Shown in pieces: positions 43,613-56,280 of a stretch of 64,000 bases of DNA. The translations under genes were made by a program, and so were the position numbers. Positions within the stretch are counted from its first letter, which is position 1; every line of letters begins with the position of its first letter. Under the pieces are notes generated by a model, which was given only the letters and a program-made list of their open reading frames with translations, searched no databases and was not told the origin of the DNA. The stretch spans positions 62,001-126,000 of the forward strand of contig JAPMXV010000033.1 of assembly GCA_026936335.1 (NCBI GenBank). The letters are read 5' to 3'. Origin of the DNA: Mantamonas sphyraenae STR306. Its lineage: Eukaryota; Protista; CRuMs.

Positions 43613-46600
43613 TTACATCCCTTTGCGCCAGTTCTCGAAATAGACCGAGCTTTCCTCGGAGAACAGCCAGTCAATGGCATCGTCTGCATCCATGTTGTTG
43701 ACCCGCAGCGCTTCCATGACCATGTCAACCGGCAGCTCCAGACTGAACCCTGTCATGAGGCTGCGTGCCATGGCTTCCAGCTCGTCTTCCATCAGCAGTG
43801 CCACGTCACTCGCCACCACCTGTGCTGTGCTTTGCCCCAACTCTCGTTGCATCTCCATCCCTTCCTCCGCAACCCCACCATACACCACATTGTCACTGCG
43901 CTCCATGGGGGCATGACCGCGAGGCGATTGCGCTGGCGATTGGGTATCGAGGACACGCGCATCCCCGTCCACAATCCCGTCAGCGTCTTCATCATCGACC
44001 CCAAACAACGCATATCTGCGTTCGCAATACACTCGCCACGACTGATCAATGGCCTCTGCATACTCTGTGCCGGGCACATTGAGCCTGTCTGCGGAAATGG
44101 CCAACTCCAAGCTGGGATCCATGGTCTTCCACAGGGTGCACACCATGGACACGAGGCGGTCGTACATCAGACGTTCGGTTGCGGCCACGCCTGTGTCACG
44201 CACGGCGTCAAACAGGGCCATGATCGATGCCACGTTGTCCTCCTCGGTCAGCTTGTGATGGAACGCAGACATGTCTGAACAGTGCACAAGCAGCAACGCC
44301 GATGCATCACGCACCTCTTGTTCCCTGTGCACGCCCAGCTGTTCAATCAAACGTTCCACCACGGCGCCTTGGTACATGAGGAGGGCCGACTGGGGCACCA
44401 GCAACACAAGCTGGCCCAGCGATTGCAACACCGAACGCAGCACCATGGTGTCCTCGCTACCACTCAGGGTCAACTCGGCCGCCTCCACATACTCTGGGGT
44501 GCACAGCGCACGCAAGTCCTTGTCCTGGTCGCTTGTGGCCTTGACCACATCCCACAACACCCGTCCCATGACATCCGCGCGTGGCTCACTCAACGCCACG
44601 CGACCCGAACTCACGTTGGCTCCGTGTGCACGACACCCGGCGACAAGCATGTCCACCTCACTCTTCCGCAGCGTCCAATCGTCAATGGAACGCGTCAACT
44701 CCAGCAACTCCTGCATGGCCATCCCTTCCTCATGCCCTCGTCCAACCTGACTGCACAACACCTGCAGCAAGCGCACACCCAGCGATTGTTGTTGGCCCTT
44801 CCCCGCGCCCGCTGCACCTTTCTTCTTCTCCTTGGCTCCAACCCGGCCATCCTCCACCTCCATCATGTGTCGCAACAGCTGCAAGGCGAGCAATACAACC
44901 GTGTACACAGGTGCGTTGTCGTCTTGCTGCACCATGCTGTGGTCCAGCCTCCAACGAGAGACAACCCCATCCTCCTCCGCATCCTCCTCCTCCTCCTCCT
45001 CCTGGCCATCATCCGCCACCATCACCTCTTCCACCGCACCCTCGCCTGCCCACACACCGGACGCGTTTGTTGTGCTCTCACACAGCCACGCGTCCAGCAT
45101 CTCCAGCAGGTACGGCACCATGCTGCTGCTGTGCACACACTCCAGCAGCCTGCGTCGTAGCATGCCCACCGTGCTGTCCACAACCACTTGTTGCGTCTCC
45201 ATGGCAATGGCTGGGTACAATTCCAAGTCTTGCAGGCCCTCAAAGTGTTTGCCCACAATCTCGCGCCCGTCGAAACTGTAGCTCAGAGTGCCCAGCGCTG
45301 CGTCGTAGGCCAGCTCCACCATGCTGCACTCCAGTGTCGTGCGCGTGTTGACACGAAACACACTTTCGCCGTTGTGCAGGCCGTGGCCCGTGTCCATCAG
45401 CAGTCCCCAGCTGCGCATGTCTTCACCCAACCGGATGCTGTCACACGTGCGCACTGCCACGCCGATGTACACGTTGCGTGCGTCAAACCCACCCTCGTCA
45501 TCTCCCGCTTCCCTGCCGGCTACGCCGCCGCCCAGCTGCACACACCATCGATCCATGCCGTGCAGTGGATACTTTCCGTACACAATCTTGTACGTGCCCC
45601 TGTGCGACACCAGCCTGTGCCCTCCGTCCACCAGCTCCTGCGTGCTGTTGTCCAGCGTCGATGCGTCAAACAGCGGTGCGTCGCCGAGCTGCAAATCGCT
45701 CAGCGTCCACGCGTATCCGCTGCCTCCCACCATTCCATAGTGTCCGTTGCCGCTGCTGTCGCTGACAAACTGGCCTCGCCCTTCCATCAGACGCAGCTGC
45801 AACGCCACATCGCTGCTGTCCACAAAGGGAGATCGTGCCATCTGTTGCACACGCAGCTGGTTGGCTGCCCCGTGCCACACACGCACACTGTGCACCCATC
45901 CCTCCATTGCGCACCCGTCCACGGTTTCCAAATCCATCATCTGCCGCTCCACCTCTTCCAGGGATTGGTGGAATTCGTGCGTGTCCATCTGTCGTTGCAA
46001 GCCGTCCGAATCCAACAGTTCCTGGCAAGCGGGCACATGCTGTTCCACAAACGCATCCCATTCTGCCTCCTCCATCGATGCCTGCTTCTCCCGCAGCTCC
46101 TCCGAGTCTGGCAGAATCTGCCGCGCCGCAAACACAATGTTCTTGCGTGGGTATCGGAATTGGTTCCAAGTGGCCACCTGCCGTGCCAACTGTTCGCTGG
46201 CAGACACCAGTCCATACATGTTCCCCTCCAGACTGCCCGACGTACTCGACGAAGCCGAGCTTCCCACGCTACTGCCTGCTCCGTCCATGTTCCCACCTGC
46301 ACGAGGTTGTTGCGGGTGAGAACCGCCTGCAAACGAGGATGTGGACGCGGAGAAGCCGCCTCTTGCGGCCATCGATTCGGTCATGATCAGATCTGCGTTG
46401 CCAAAGCCCTCATCCACCGCGTCGCCACAGAACATGACTCGATTGCATACGACAATGGAGCCGTGGAACATGCTGCTACCCAACACGTCCTCGCTCTCCA
46501 GCTGCACCACCAGCTGGCCCTCTGCATACAGTTGCATTGTGCGCTCGCCGTCGCAGGACAACACCACGTGCACCCACCGTCCAAACCACTTGTCCGGCCA

Positions 46601-49600
46601 TGCGCACGACGCCACTGCCTGCCCGTGAGTCTCTGCCGCACGGAACTCCCGCCGATCAGAGTGCACGCCAATCTGGACCTCGTGTCCCTGCAAACGCACA
46701 AACATCTCCTCCTCATCGCCGTTCAGCATACACACAAGGTACCTGGGCTGCAGAGAGGAGGACACGGAGGAGATGGAGGAAGGGTGAGCCAGTTTGACTC
46801 GCATCTCAAGCGCAAAGCTGTTTTGCAGGCCCATGGCCCATCCGTTGCCCAGCAGCATCACCGCATCCTTGGTCATGTTGAGACACAGGGAGCGGCTGTC
46901 TGCAGTTTGACACAAGATGCGCAGCACGTGTTCCTGCACTTCCGGCCATCCCGGGTGTGCGCGTGCCACGTCCACCAACACAGAGACGCCATTGAGCCGA
47001 TCCAACACACTCAGCGCATCTTCTGTGCCTCCCAGGTGCTGCAAAACAACCAACACGTCCACAATACACTGTCGGGCCAGGCTCTGGTTGCCCCTCAGCT
47101 TCTGGATCAGCTGCGCGTAGCCGTTGTAAGAAAACAGCTCCTCGCGCAGACGCGGATGTTGTTCCACACACGAACGCAACAGATCCAGTGTCACGCGCAA
47201 CACACGCGGGCTCGTGCTGAACAGAAGCCGCGTGGCAAAGTATGCCATCAGACGTGCATCGTGCACCTGTCGCACAAACTCCACAGCGTCGACGTCGCGC
47301 ACACTTGCCATCGTGTACAGGATATCCAACAACACCTCGGTGTCCTCGTGAAGTCGAGCCAGCGTCGTCAGCGTGTCCAACACACCCATCTCGATCACAT
47401 CCCGCATCAGTTGGCCCGTCTTTACCTGCACCACCAGACGGCACACGTTGCGCACCACAGTCGCGTTGAAGCGTCCTTCCATAAGATCCTCCAGCAGCGT
47501 GTTCAACAGACCCGCCATCCCCTGCACAATGTCCCGGTACTCCTTCCGCGTGCCTGCGTACCACAGCAGCAGCAACAACATTTCCATCATGGAATCCTCC
47601 TGCTCGCTGCGCAGCATTTGTGTCTCCACAAACGTGCGCCACATGTCTGTCAGCGCGTTGCCCTGCACCATGCACACGCACATCTGCAGCATCTTCTCCG
47701 CCTCGGCGTCCAGCTCCTCGTGCACAATCTGCTTCTCGGCCGTGCTCTCCACAAGCTCCACGTAGCAGCTGTAGAACAGCGCTGATGCCTGCACAAACAT
47801 CACCCTTCGTGCATATTCCTCGTCCGCCGCACCTGTTGTCAGAAAGCGCAATGCCCAGCTCAGGATCACCGATGCGCTGCCAATTTCGTAAAGTTGTGCC
47901 ACCGCAAGCTCCAGTTCCTCCATGAGCACGCTGCACGCACGTCCACGGTACACCAGTGCCCCAAAGCACCTGTTGGTGGCCATGTTCAGGGCGATTTCTC
48001 GCTCTTCGTGTTCCTCCAGAAACGCGAGTGAATCCAGCGCACTGCCTGCCTCCTCACCCTCCACCTCCTTGGCCAACTCCTCGTGCACCTTGTTCATCTG
48101 CGTGCGTATGCGCAGCGTCAGCGTGTCCGCTTTGTTCATGTACTCGCGCGACTTGTTCAGAAAGTGTTCCGCGTCCTGCCACGTGGTTTGCTTCCGGATG
48201 GCCTGCTGCTGGTACGTCCATCCCTTTCGATTGCACACACTGCGCAGTGTCAACAGATCTGTGATGTTGTTGTCTTCGTCCGCAGCACTCCCGCTGCCTG
48301 TCAGACGGTCCATGTTGTCCACGTTGATGCTACTGCTGCTGCTGCTGCTCGGATGGGCGTCACTGCTCCCGCCACTGACCATCCCTTGGCCTGACGGCAT
48401 GGCCCAGGTGTCACGTCGTCGCAATGCCCCTTCATGCATTTCTTCCTGCGAGTCAGCTACACTGGGTTCACCATCCAGACCCATCTCAGACAGATCGAGC
48501 CCAATCGACGTGGAACTGCCCGAGGCGTGCAACCCGGCCATCTCTTGCATGCCGTGTGCATACCCCGAAGTCATATCCTGCATCCCTGTGCCAGATACCA
48601 TCACTGCGCGCCGCTCACGATCCATGGGAGACCCCGATCCGCCTGTGGACGAGGAGGACGAGGAGGTCGACCCGGACGAACTGGTCGTGGTTTCCCCATC
48701 ATCACCTGTCGCCATCCACACCAGTGACTCGTCTGTGCCGCTGCGTGTCATCTGATCCCACGACTGCGGCGAGGTGCCCTCTTCGCTTTCGGCCATGCTG
48801 CTCAGGCTGTTCATGCTTGCGCTGTGGCGTGCAGACGACGGCGATGGTGCGAGCATGCTTCCCATCATGGCGCCACTGTCTCTGCCCACTGCTGCTGCGG
48901 CGCCTGTCAGGACGCCGTTGTTCATGCCAAAGTCAGGCTCGGTGCGAAGCGAGTCCCTGCGATGCGGCGTCGTCAGCAGCGGCGTGTGAAATCCGCTGCC
49001 TGCGCCGCTGTTGCGTCTGCTCTGGCTCAGCTGGCTCAAACTGCGGTCCAGCTTCCACACAGTGTTGTCTTCTTGCTCCTCTTGGCCCTCACTGTCCAGA
49101 TCCAAATCATGCTGCCTGCTGAGGCTTGCACTGAGGGCACTGCTGCCGTCGCCGTCGTCATGGTCCACGTCGGTGGACACCACATCGTCCCTGCTGCTGC
49201 TGTTGCGATTGGGCAGCACCGACACGTGCAATCTGCCCTGCTGTTGCAGTTGCGTGTGCAGATTGCGATGGTACTCGCGGTGTGAATCGATCACTGCTTT
49301 GTACTTGCGGTGCGCCCGGTGGAAGTATGCCATGCTCTTATCCTCGTCCGTTGTCTGCACGGCAAACAATGTGAGCGCCCAACCGTACCGAACCAACGAT
49401 TTGTAGTTGTCCGGACTGGCCGCGATGCAGCGCTCAAACTTGTCAAACGCCACGTGGAACAATCGTTCTGCGCTTGCGTCGTCGTTGGTCTGCTGCGCAC
49501 GCAACGTAAGCGACACCGCCAGGGCGTAGTCGATCAGGTTCATGTGCTTCACGCGTGCGTCGATGCGTTCGATGTCGCTTTCCAGAATGATTGTCGTCGT

Positions 49601-52600
49601 CGGCGACTCCATCACCAGTTCAGTCACGCTGTCTCGCAGGCGAATGTACATGATTTGCTCCAAGCGCTGCATGAGATTGGGCAAGTCCACACCCGTGCTC
49701 AAGTCAAACGTCTCTTCCTTCTCAAAGCTCAGCAGCGCCACGTGGTAAAAGTAGTTCTGCAGCATCGCCTTGACATCGAAGCACCAGAACCGTCGGGACT
49801 CCTCCTTCTTGGCTGCTCCCAGCAGGGTGTTGTAGAACGCAGCCACCACCCCGCGCAGCGGCTCCTCCATGGGCGTGCGGACCTCGTGCATCTTTTGCCG
49901 CATCAGAGTGCGCAACATATTCTTGCACACGCGAGACACCATCTCCGTCAACAGCAGCCTGCTTGCACGTTCGCTGTTTACCAGCTGCCGGATGAACCCC
50001 AGGTGGCGCACGTTGATGCCCTCTCTGTGCATCTCCTGGATGAGGATTGCGTTGTCGGGCATCTCATCGTCCCTCTGATCCAGCGATTCGGCAAACGCAG
50101 GGATGATGCGATCAAACAGCTCCCGTGTGGCGTCGTGCACATCTGTGTTCAGACGCACCGCCTCGGTGTTGTCCTGAAACAGAGACAGCGCATCCGACGA
50201 AAGCCGCACCTTGCGCCGCTTGACAAATTCGGGTCGAAGCAGCCTGTACAGGTGTTGGTTGTGGCCGTGCTGCTTCTTGTTTGGCAGCGGGTACTCGGGT
50301 GGGAATATGCGTGCGCCGTCCAGGACGTAAAAGCGTCCATCTTTGTCGCTACGATGACCCTCGATGTCTGCCGGCCCATGGATGTACACTCCCAACGAGG
50401 TGTGGCCTGCCAGACGCAGCTTGCGTGCCACAATCTCCCACTTGCGCACAAACTTGCTGTCGCTGGCCAGCACGCGTGCATCGTCGTCGCCTGCGTTGTC
50501 GCTTCCGTACACCAGCGTCTGGTGGCTGATGGGCATGATGGACGACGCCACCAGCCGAAAGCCCTTGTAGTCGACCAGTGCCATAAGGGGCACGTGCAGC
50601 TCGGGCACGTGGCACTGGTACACACTCATGATGCCCTTCAAATCGTGCCCGGCCGCCTTCATCGCAAACTCGTCCCCTGCATACATGCCCTCCTGGTCGT
50701 CCACAGCAAACTTGAACATGATGTTCTGTACAATGTACTTTTCGCCACCTGCGCGTCCGCCAATCGTAGTCGACCGCTTGATGGTCTTTCGCTGGTCAGG
50801 CAGGTACCGTTCGCTGATGATGATTTTGCCGTACAGCTGTGCCGCGTGCACAAAGTCGTACGCGTGGTTGGCCAGCTTCCAGTACTGGTCGATGTTGGCA
50901 TCCTCGTCGGCCTCCAGCTGCTCGGTCAGGCTCTGGAAACGAGCGTTCCAGTTTACCGAAAAGTGGTCGTGTGTCCCATGGATCCCCGAGCTGTCCACCA
51001 GCGCATGGCCCTGTTCGTCTTGGCTTCCATGCAGCGCAATCCCTTCACGGTAGAGGCTGCTGTTGGACGCCACTGAGCTCGTGGGCGACTCGGGACGCAA
51101 CCCACCGCCAGCAGGCCCTCCTGGCATCAGCAGACCCGCTCCACTTCCACCTCCACCTCCCGATGGCATGGGCATGTCCAGTGCCACGTCTTCTAAACTG
51201 CCTCCGGATTCCAGCGACTCCTGCCTTCGGATGCGATCCATACTTTGCCCTGTGACGAGGATGTTGACCAGACCTGCGCCATAGGCCGGCCCACCTGTGT
51301 TTTCGCCTCCGGCTGATGCGGTCGTTCCCCCTCCTTCCACATTGCCTGTCATCATCTCATCACGTGCCGCCTGCAACATCGTTGCATTTGCAGGCGATGC
51401 TGGGCCATAATTGTCTGTTGTGGTGTGGTGGGTGATGTCGTGGCTAGGTTGCCTCTCCTTGGACGACGTCGGCACCACCAGCGTCGACGATGTGTGGCTG
51501 TGTAGGTTACTATCGTCCAGTGTGCCGGTTGTGCTGGTGCTACTGCTACTGCCTGTGTTGACGTTGACGTTGACATTGACGTTGAGGTTGCTGGAAGGGT
51601 GCAACGGCGGCGTGACGGAATCTGCTTCGGCCACGAGACGCATCACCCGTTCGCGAAATTCCTTGTTCTGATGCGCAGGCACACGCATGGTGGGTCGCGG
51701 TGTGCTCATGTTGCCAAAGTTGGTGGGCACAGGGTAGCGCACAAGGCCCTTGCTCTTGTCCACAAACACAATGCTGCTGTACATGCTGTTGTTTGCCGTC
51801 GATTTGTGTATAAAGTCGCGTGTGGATCGCTTGCGTTGTGGCTTGGGCGTGGCCAGCGACGTCGATCCACCCACTCCTGCTTGCACGTCGCCCTCGTCCT
51901 CCTCCGCCTGACTCGTTGTTTCCAGCAAACTGCTGCGGTCCACACTGCTTGCCCCTTCGCCGCCACCCATGCTTGTCTCTTGTGTCCCATAGCCGGTTGC
52001 AGAGCTGCTGTTCACGTCCTCATTCTCGTCGTCCTCGTGCAGACCCGGCGTGCGAAGCGTCGTGGTGCTCGTCGTGCTGTACTCCATGTCAAACAGACTT
52101 GTGGCAGCGTTGTAATCACTCCTGCCCACGTGGCCGTCGCCCTGCGTAGACACCTCCTCGTGTGTCTTGCGCTCGTCCTCACTCTCTGCTCCGTCGCTGT
52201 CGTCGCTGTCCTGAAACACAGCCAGCGTCAGCGTGTAGTTTGACTTGCGCCGCTTCGGCGCTCCTGCCCCTTTCTTGCTCTCCGCAACGCTGCCACTATC
52301 GTCTTCAACACCCAATGTTTGCTGTATCAGACTCCCGCTGCGTCGACGATCACTGCTGGAGCCTGCGCGGCGTCTCATCGGTGAGCGGCCTCCCTGCCGG
52401 GTCGTATCTGCGTCTGTGGCCACGCAGTGGCAGCGGTGATTGTGCAGGGTGTCCCGTGTGAGTGTCCACATTGCACCGACGTTTGGTTGCGTGAGTTGGC
52501 CTCTGGGAAGCAACCGTGCAGGCGTCAGACGTACCTTGTTGGCCAGACAAGGCCAGCGCCCCCAAATGCGCTAGGTTAAAGCGAGATGCCAGCGCCCACA

Positions 52601-52991
52601 GACTTTGCCACTGTTCAAGAAGCACCACCGTCGTGCCAACATCGCCTGTGTACAAGTATCGCAGCAGCAGGGCAAAGTCTGCCGGTGTGATGTCTGGGTA
52701 AACGCGATGAACGCGAAACGAATCTTCCTCGGTGGCGCTGCCCAGCGAGGCGACTGTCCCTGTGCTTCCTTTGCCCATGGGTGAGGCTGTGGAAGAGCCA
52801 CCCGCACTGCTGCTCGACTCGGAGGCGTCTTCAAACATGGCGGGACAGCGAGGGCGCAGTACGAGTTGGTGGCCAAACATCACCTCCCTGTCCGCACCCA
52901 CCACGAAGCGCACATCGGCCCCGGTGTAGGAATTGATCCATGTGGCTAGTTCGGGGGACTTCCACGTCGCTGATGCTGATGTGGTTGTCAT
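43613..52991 (-). CDS. Giant (~3085 aa) BTB-Clu-TPR/ARM-LamG-SPRY-UBA multidomain protein (intron 52534-52414)
   Basis: BTB ADVRFVVG..HQLVLRPRC..FALLLRYLYTG. Clu domain GGRAGGEKY, KAAGHDLKG, PLMALVDYKGFRL, GPADIEGH, ARIFPPE, LYRLLRPEFV and MHREGINVRHLG. SPRY-like YIGVA..LGED..SWG..LELYPAI. UBA-like terminus MTGFS..ALRVNNMDADDAIDWL. A phase-1 GTACGT..CAG intron joins the two ORFs. Confidence 0.78.
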
Positions 52992-53070
52992 CGACCTCCC
53001 CCCAAAATGACGTTTTGCTTTGGATCCTTTGGGGCGCAATCACTTCATTGCATTGGCATGCGAGGGTGTT

Positions 53071-54110
53071 TCATTCGGTGCTCTCCTTTTTCTCAGAGAA
53101 CGGATGGTAGTTCCACAGACGCAAGACGGTCAGTGACGAGGTCACCAGGTACGGCAGCATTGTGATCAGCACGACGTTGAGCGGGAACCGGCTTGCGTTG
53201 ACCGTCGCCGACGTGATGGTGTACACCAGCGAGACTGTGGGTGGTGTGGTTGCGGTGGAATGAGATGGGGCAATGAGCGTGCAAACGCGTGTCAGGAATC
53301 GGGGCCCGAAAACGGAACAAGGGCAACAACAACACCCCCGCAACTACGTACTCCAGAAGCACACGCCTGCCCAGAGGAGACCCAGCGGACGCATGTCATC
53401 CGCTCCAGACGTAAACATGGATATGAGAAGGGCATAGATGATGGTGTTGACGGCGCTGAGCATGGAGGGGACCATGTTCAGACGCATCTCCTGACCACCG
53501 GGCTGTGCAGGGTGCAGGTGTGGCATGAAGCGTGTGCGTTCGCCCGTAAGGAACCACATCGCAAGAGCCACAGGTTTGTTTTCGCGGAACGGTTCTGTGT
53601 GTGTACGTGTGTGGAGAATGTGGTGAGTGGAGGTGGGTCACCTCGGGAAGCCTCCGCGGCAGGCGGAAAGTGACATTGGTTTGCGACACAGCAGGTGCAG
53701 AGTGTCCCACCCATGTTCCGCTGTTGGATCGACACAATCGCACATGGGATGTGCGGAGTAGTGGAATAGGATGGGAGGGGGGGTGGGGGCGCTCGCAACG
53801 TACTCATGGTGGACTGAAAGGTTTCTGGGAGGAGGAAGCGAGCGGCAGTGAGGGAGGCAGCCAGCATAAAGACACAGAAGAGGAGGACAAAGAGCAAGTC
53901 ATAGGGACGACGATGGAAGGGCACACTACGGTATTCGGTGAGCACATCCTCCAGCTCCTCCTTGTCAACCTGCAGGTTCTCGGTCATGGCAGCCATGGCG
54001 TTGCGCACAGCCTGTTTGCGCACCACTCGTTCAAACGCTGCATCGGTGTTCTGCTTGCTTCCTCCACCGGACGACGACGCGTCCACACGCCTCCTGGTGG
54101 TTTCGGACAT
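53071..54110 (-). CDS. EXPERA-like (TM6SF/TMEM97/EBP-related) 4-TM membrane protein (introns 53803-53595, 53351-53235)
   Basis: RRPYDLLFVLLF at TM1 and MLPYLVTSSLTVLRLW..PF at the end. Both GTACGT..CAG introns join in frame. Confidence 0.6.
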
Positions 54111-54193
54111 GGGTGGGTGGGTGGGTGGGTGTGGAATGAAAGGCAAATCGCAGTTGTGGCCCAGGGGTCGCAGCCAAGACAAACGCCCACCCG

Positions 54194-55720
54194 ATGTCAC
54201 AGCAACCGTCGTTGTTTGTGATCCACTTTCCAGAAAGCATCGAGGACCCGGGCGCAGGGGAGCGTTCCGAGTCGCGGGAGAGTCTGTTGGATGGCGGAGA
54301 GGGGAGCAGCAGCAGCGGTAGCAACAAGGGCGGGGAGGTGGGCACGCTGGCAAGTGCCACCTCGGGCGGCCGGCGGTCCTCGACAGACAGCAGCGCATCG
54401 CGACCACGTCTGGGCAGCCGAGCGACACGGGAAGGGGGCCGTGTGGACGTACGCAAACAGATGAACAAGGCGGTGCAGCGTATGCAGCTGTCGGACGCGT
54501 TTTGGGTCAAAGGGGAGGACGGACTGTGGCAACTGAGCTTTGTGTGCCCCGTGCACAAGTACAACCAAGTGCTGCACCATTTGGTGGACGACCTGGGCGT
54601 GGGCAGTGACTTTGGCCAACTGCACGTGAGTCCGTTGCAACTCACCACAGCCGACCGCACACAGGAGGAGGGCAAGGACGAACTCCACGAAGCCACCGTC
54701 CGCTTCGAAACCATGAGCCGCATCATGGACAACACACAAGAGGCTGCACGCTTTGGCTTTGACTTTGTCCTCCTCCTCACTGTCGCCAGCACCCTCAGTG
54801 CCTTGGGACTGACCATTGGCAACTCCATCTGGCTGGTCTCCTCCATGTTGGTCTCTCCCGTCATGCGACCCATCCTCTCCATCACATTTGGTGTTCTTGT
54901 GGGCAACAGGGATATGATCCGCACAGGCATCACAAGCAACCTTCTGGGCCTCCTCCTCTCCGTCACAGTCGGCTTTGTGGTCGGTTCCGTGTTCTCCCTC
55001 GCAACCACCCTCCCGCTGCCCTCCGAGGAGATGCTACGTCGTTCCTTGGACGCAGACTTTGTTTACGGCGTCGTGGTGGCTCTGGTGAGCGGTGTGGGCG
55101 TGGCTCTGGGTGTGTTGGGTGGCAACACAAGCTCGCTCGTCGGCGTCGCCTTGTCCGCCTCCCTTCTGACTCCGTTTGTCAATGCCGGCCTGTCGTGGAG
55201 CGTGTATGCCTTTCAACAGGACCACGGCAGCACCATAGCCCAGCAAGTGTTGCAACTGGGCAACGCCTCCCTCTTTCTCGGCTTCCTGAACATTGTGTGT
55301 GTGTTTTGCTCCGCCCTGCTGGTCTTTAAGATCAAGGAGGCGGCACCCATCGAAGGCAAGAACCCACTGTGGGCCCATGGCATCCACGAGCTGCGTCGTT
55401 TCCACGCCAAGACCGTGTCCAAGAACATGGGCGAGCAGGTGGTGATGGAGTTGGGCCAGATGGGACCCAACATGTCTGCCCTCCTCACCTACTCGCCCCA
55501 CCGCAACAACACCCAAAGCGACGGCCGCGACTTTGACGCCGCCATTGCCTTTGGCACCAACAGCAGCGTGGGCAGCACCAGCGACCTCGGACTGCGCAAG
55601 CACGTCCTCATGCGCCACCATCTGCAACAGGAGGCCCTCAGGAAACGCATGGATAGCAGCAAAACACACAGTCCTCGCCTGGAGGATGTTTTCGAACGCC
55701 CCGAGCCCGAGGACGATTGA
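54194..55720 (+). CDS. DUF389 family membrane protein
   Basis: FDFVLLLTVASTLSALGL, SSMLVSPVMRPILSITFG and SSLVGVALSASLLTPFVNAGL. Confidence 0.85.
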   Translation: MSQQPSLFVIHFPESIEDPGAGERSESRESLLDGGEGSSSSGSNKGGEVGTLASATSGGRRSSTDSSASRPRLGSRATREGGRVDVRKQMNKAVQRMQLSDAFWVKGEDGLWQLSFVCPVHKYNQVLHHLVDDLGVGSDFGQLHVSPLQLTTADRTQEEGKDELHEATVRFETMSRIMDNTQEAARFGFDFVLLLTVASTLSALGLTIGNSIWLVSSMLVSPVMRPILSITFGVLVGNRDMIRTGITSNLLGLLLSVTVGFVVGSVFSLATTLPLPSEEMLRRSLDADFVYGVVVALVSGVGVALGVLGGNTSSLVGVALSASLLTPFVNAGLSWSVYAFQQDHGSTIAQQVLQLGNASLFLGFLNIVCVFCSALLVFKIKEAAPIEGKNPLWAHGIHELRRFHAKTVSKNMGEQVVMELGQMGPNMSALLTYSPHRNNTQSDGRDFDAAIAFGTNSSVGSTSDLGLRKHVLMRHHLQQEALRKRMDSSKTHSPRLEDVFERPEPEDD

Positions 55721-56280
55721 CAATGGAGAGGGAAAGGGAATCTTGGAGAATGGAACGTTTTGTTTCCGCTGCCTGCGTGCGAATGGCTGCGTTGTGCGCT
55801 CTGTGTGCATGTGCAAGGGAGGCCATGGTCTGTGTGCCACGCATGAACAACTGACATGCATGTGTCAAGGATGCGTGGAAGCGGTGGGGAGGGCAAAAGC
55901 ACATGCACAATACGGCCAAGCACACAAAACGGAGCAACCACAACCACACATGGACAGTGGACATGGCACAACGGTACGAGGAAGAAACAGGCAAAATGTG
56001 CGATTCCGATTCCAGGGCAAAAAACCGAGTCATTGCCACAATGAGCTGCACGGCTGCCAGACAAAGGTCGCGTGTTCTGGATTGAAGGTTTGATCTGCCG
56101 CGCAGACGCCCAAACACGCCCAAGGAGGCACGGTGCGACCGGCAACAAGGCCGGTCTTTGCACAACACCAGCGGGCGTGCACGCTTTTTGGTGCAACGTT
56201 GGGGTCGAAAGACGGGGAACGTTTTGGAAAACTGGACCAGCGAGCGCACACGCACGCTCACGCACCCGAAACCCATCTGA

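Noticed and set aside
45188-51076. Long + strand ORFs (865 aa, 588 aa) opposite the Clu gene, and 14273-16546 opposite the TBC gene
   Set aside because: His/Leu/Gln-rich antisense shadows of GTG/GAG/CTG-rich sense codons; no domain signal.
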